This document shows positions 63,922-64,000 of a stretch of 64,000 bases of DNA, in pieces. Location: positions 3,224,001 to 3,288,000 of the forward strand of contig CATNEN010000024.1 in NCBI GenBank assembly GCA_950097015.1. The letters are read 5' to 3'. Source of the stretch: Macrostomum hystrix (lineage: Eukaryota; Animalia; Platyhelminthes). Position numbers and translations under genes: made by a program. Within the stretch, counting starts at the first letter, position 1, and the number at the start of each line of letters is the position of its first letter. The notes below the pieces were generated by a model, which saw only the letters and a program-made list of their open reading frames with translations, was not told where the DNA came from and made no database searches.

Positions 63922-64000
63922 GTAAGGACCTTACAGCTAGAAAACAGAACAGCCACGTGACGTGATGCGGGTCGAGACAGGCCCACAGCCTGTTCAGGAC

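Overview
This is eukaryotic (animal) genomic DNA with GT-AG introns, not prokaryotic. The polyQ/polyA-rich GC-rich exons, AT-rich introns and dense 14-47 bp minisatellites would fit a lophotrochozoan such as a Macrostomum-like flatworm (inference only). I built spliced gene models by hand with consistent exon phases: a GLI/Ci zinc-finger transcription factor (minus, 14254-18769), a BET1 SNARE with a single coding exon (34079-34450), a class A peptide-type GPCR with degenerate activation motifs (38116-41648), a probable neuropeptide precursor (minus, 49901-50239), a 12-exon divergent ionotropic glutamate receptor-family gene (52147-60588), and two unidentified spliced genes (plus 5772-11242; minus 22581-26091, 5' end not found). 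Two tRNA-derived SINE families, two non-autonomous TIR elements (one with a perfect 9-bp TSD) and a foldback-like inverted pair of arrays are also present. The main structural theme is that about 25 different tandem arrays sit mostly inside introns, often right against splice sites; in two cases the repeat unit is a copy of the splice junction itself. Most ORFs in the supplied track are repeat artefacts. Repeat and SINE boundaries are approximate. All alignments and family calls were done by eye without database searches.
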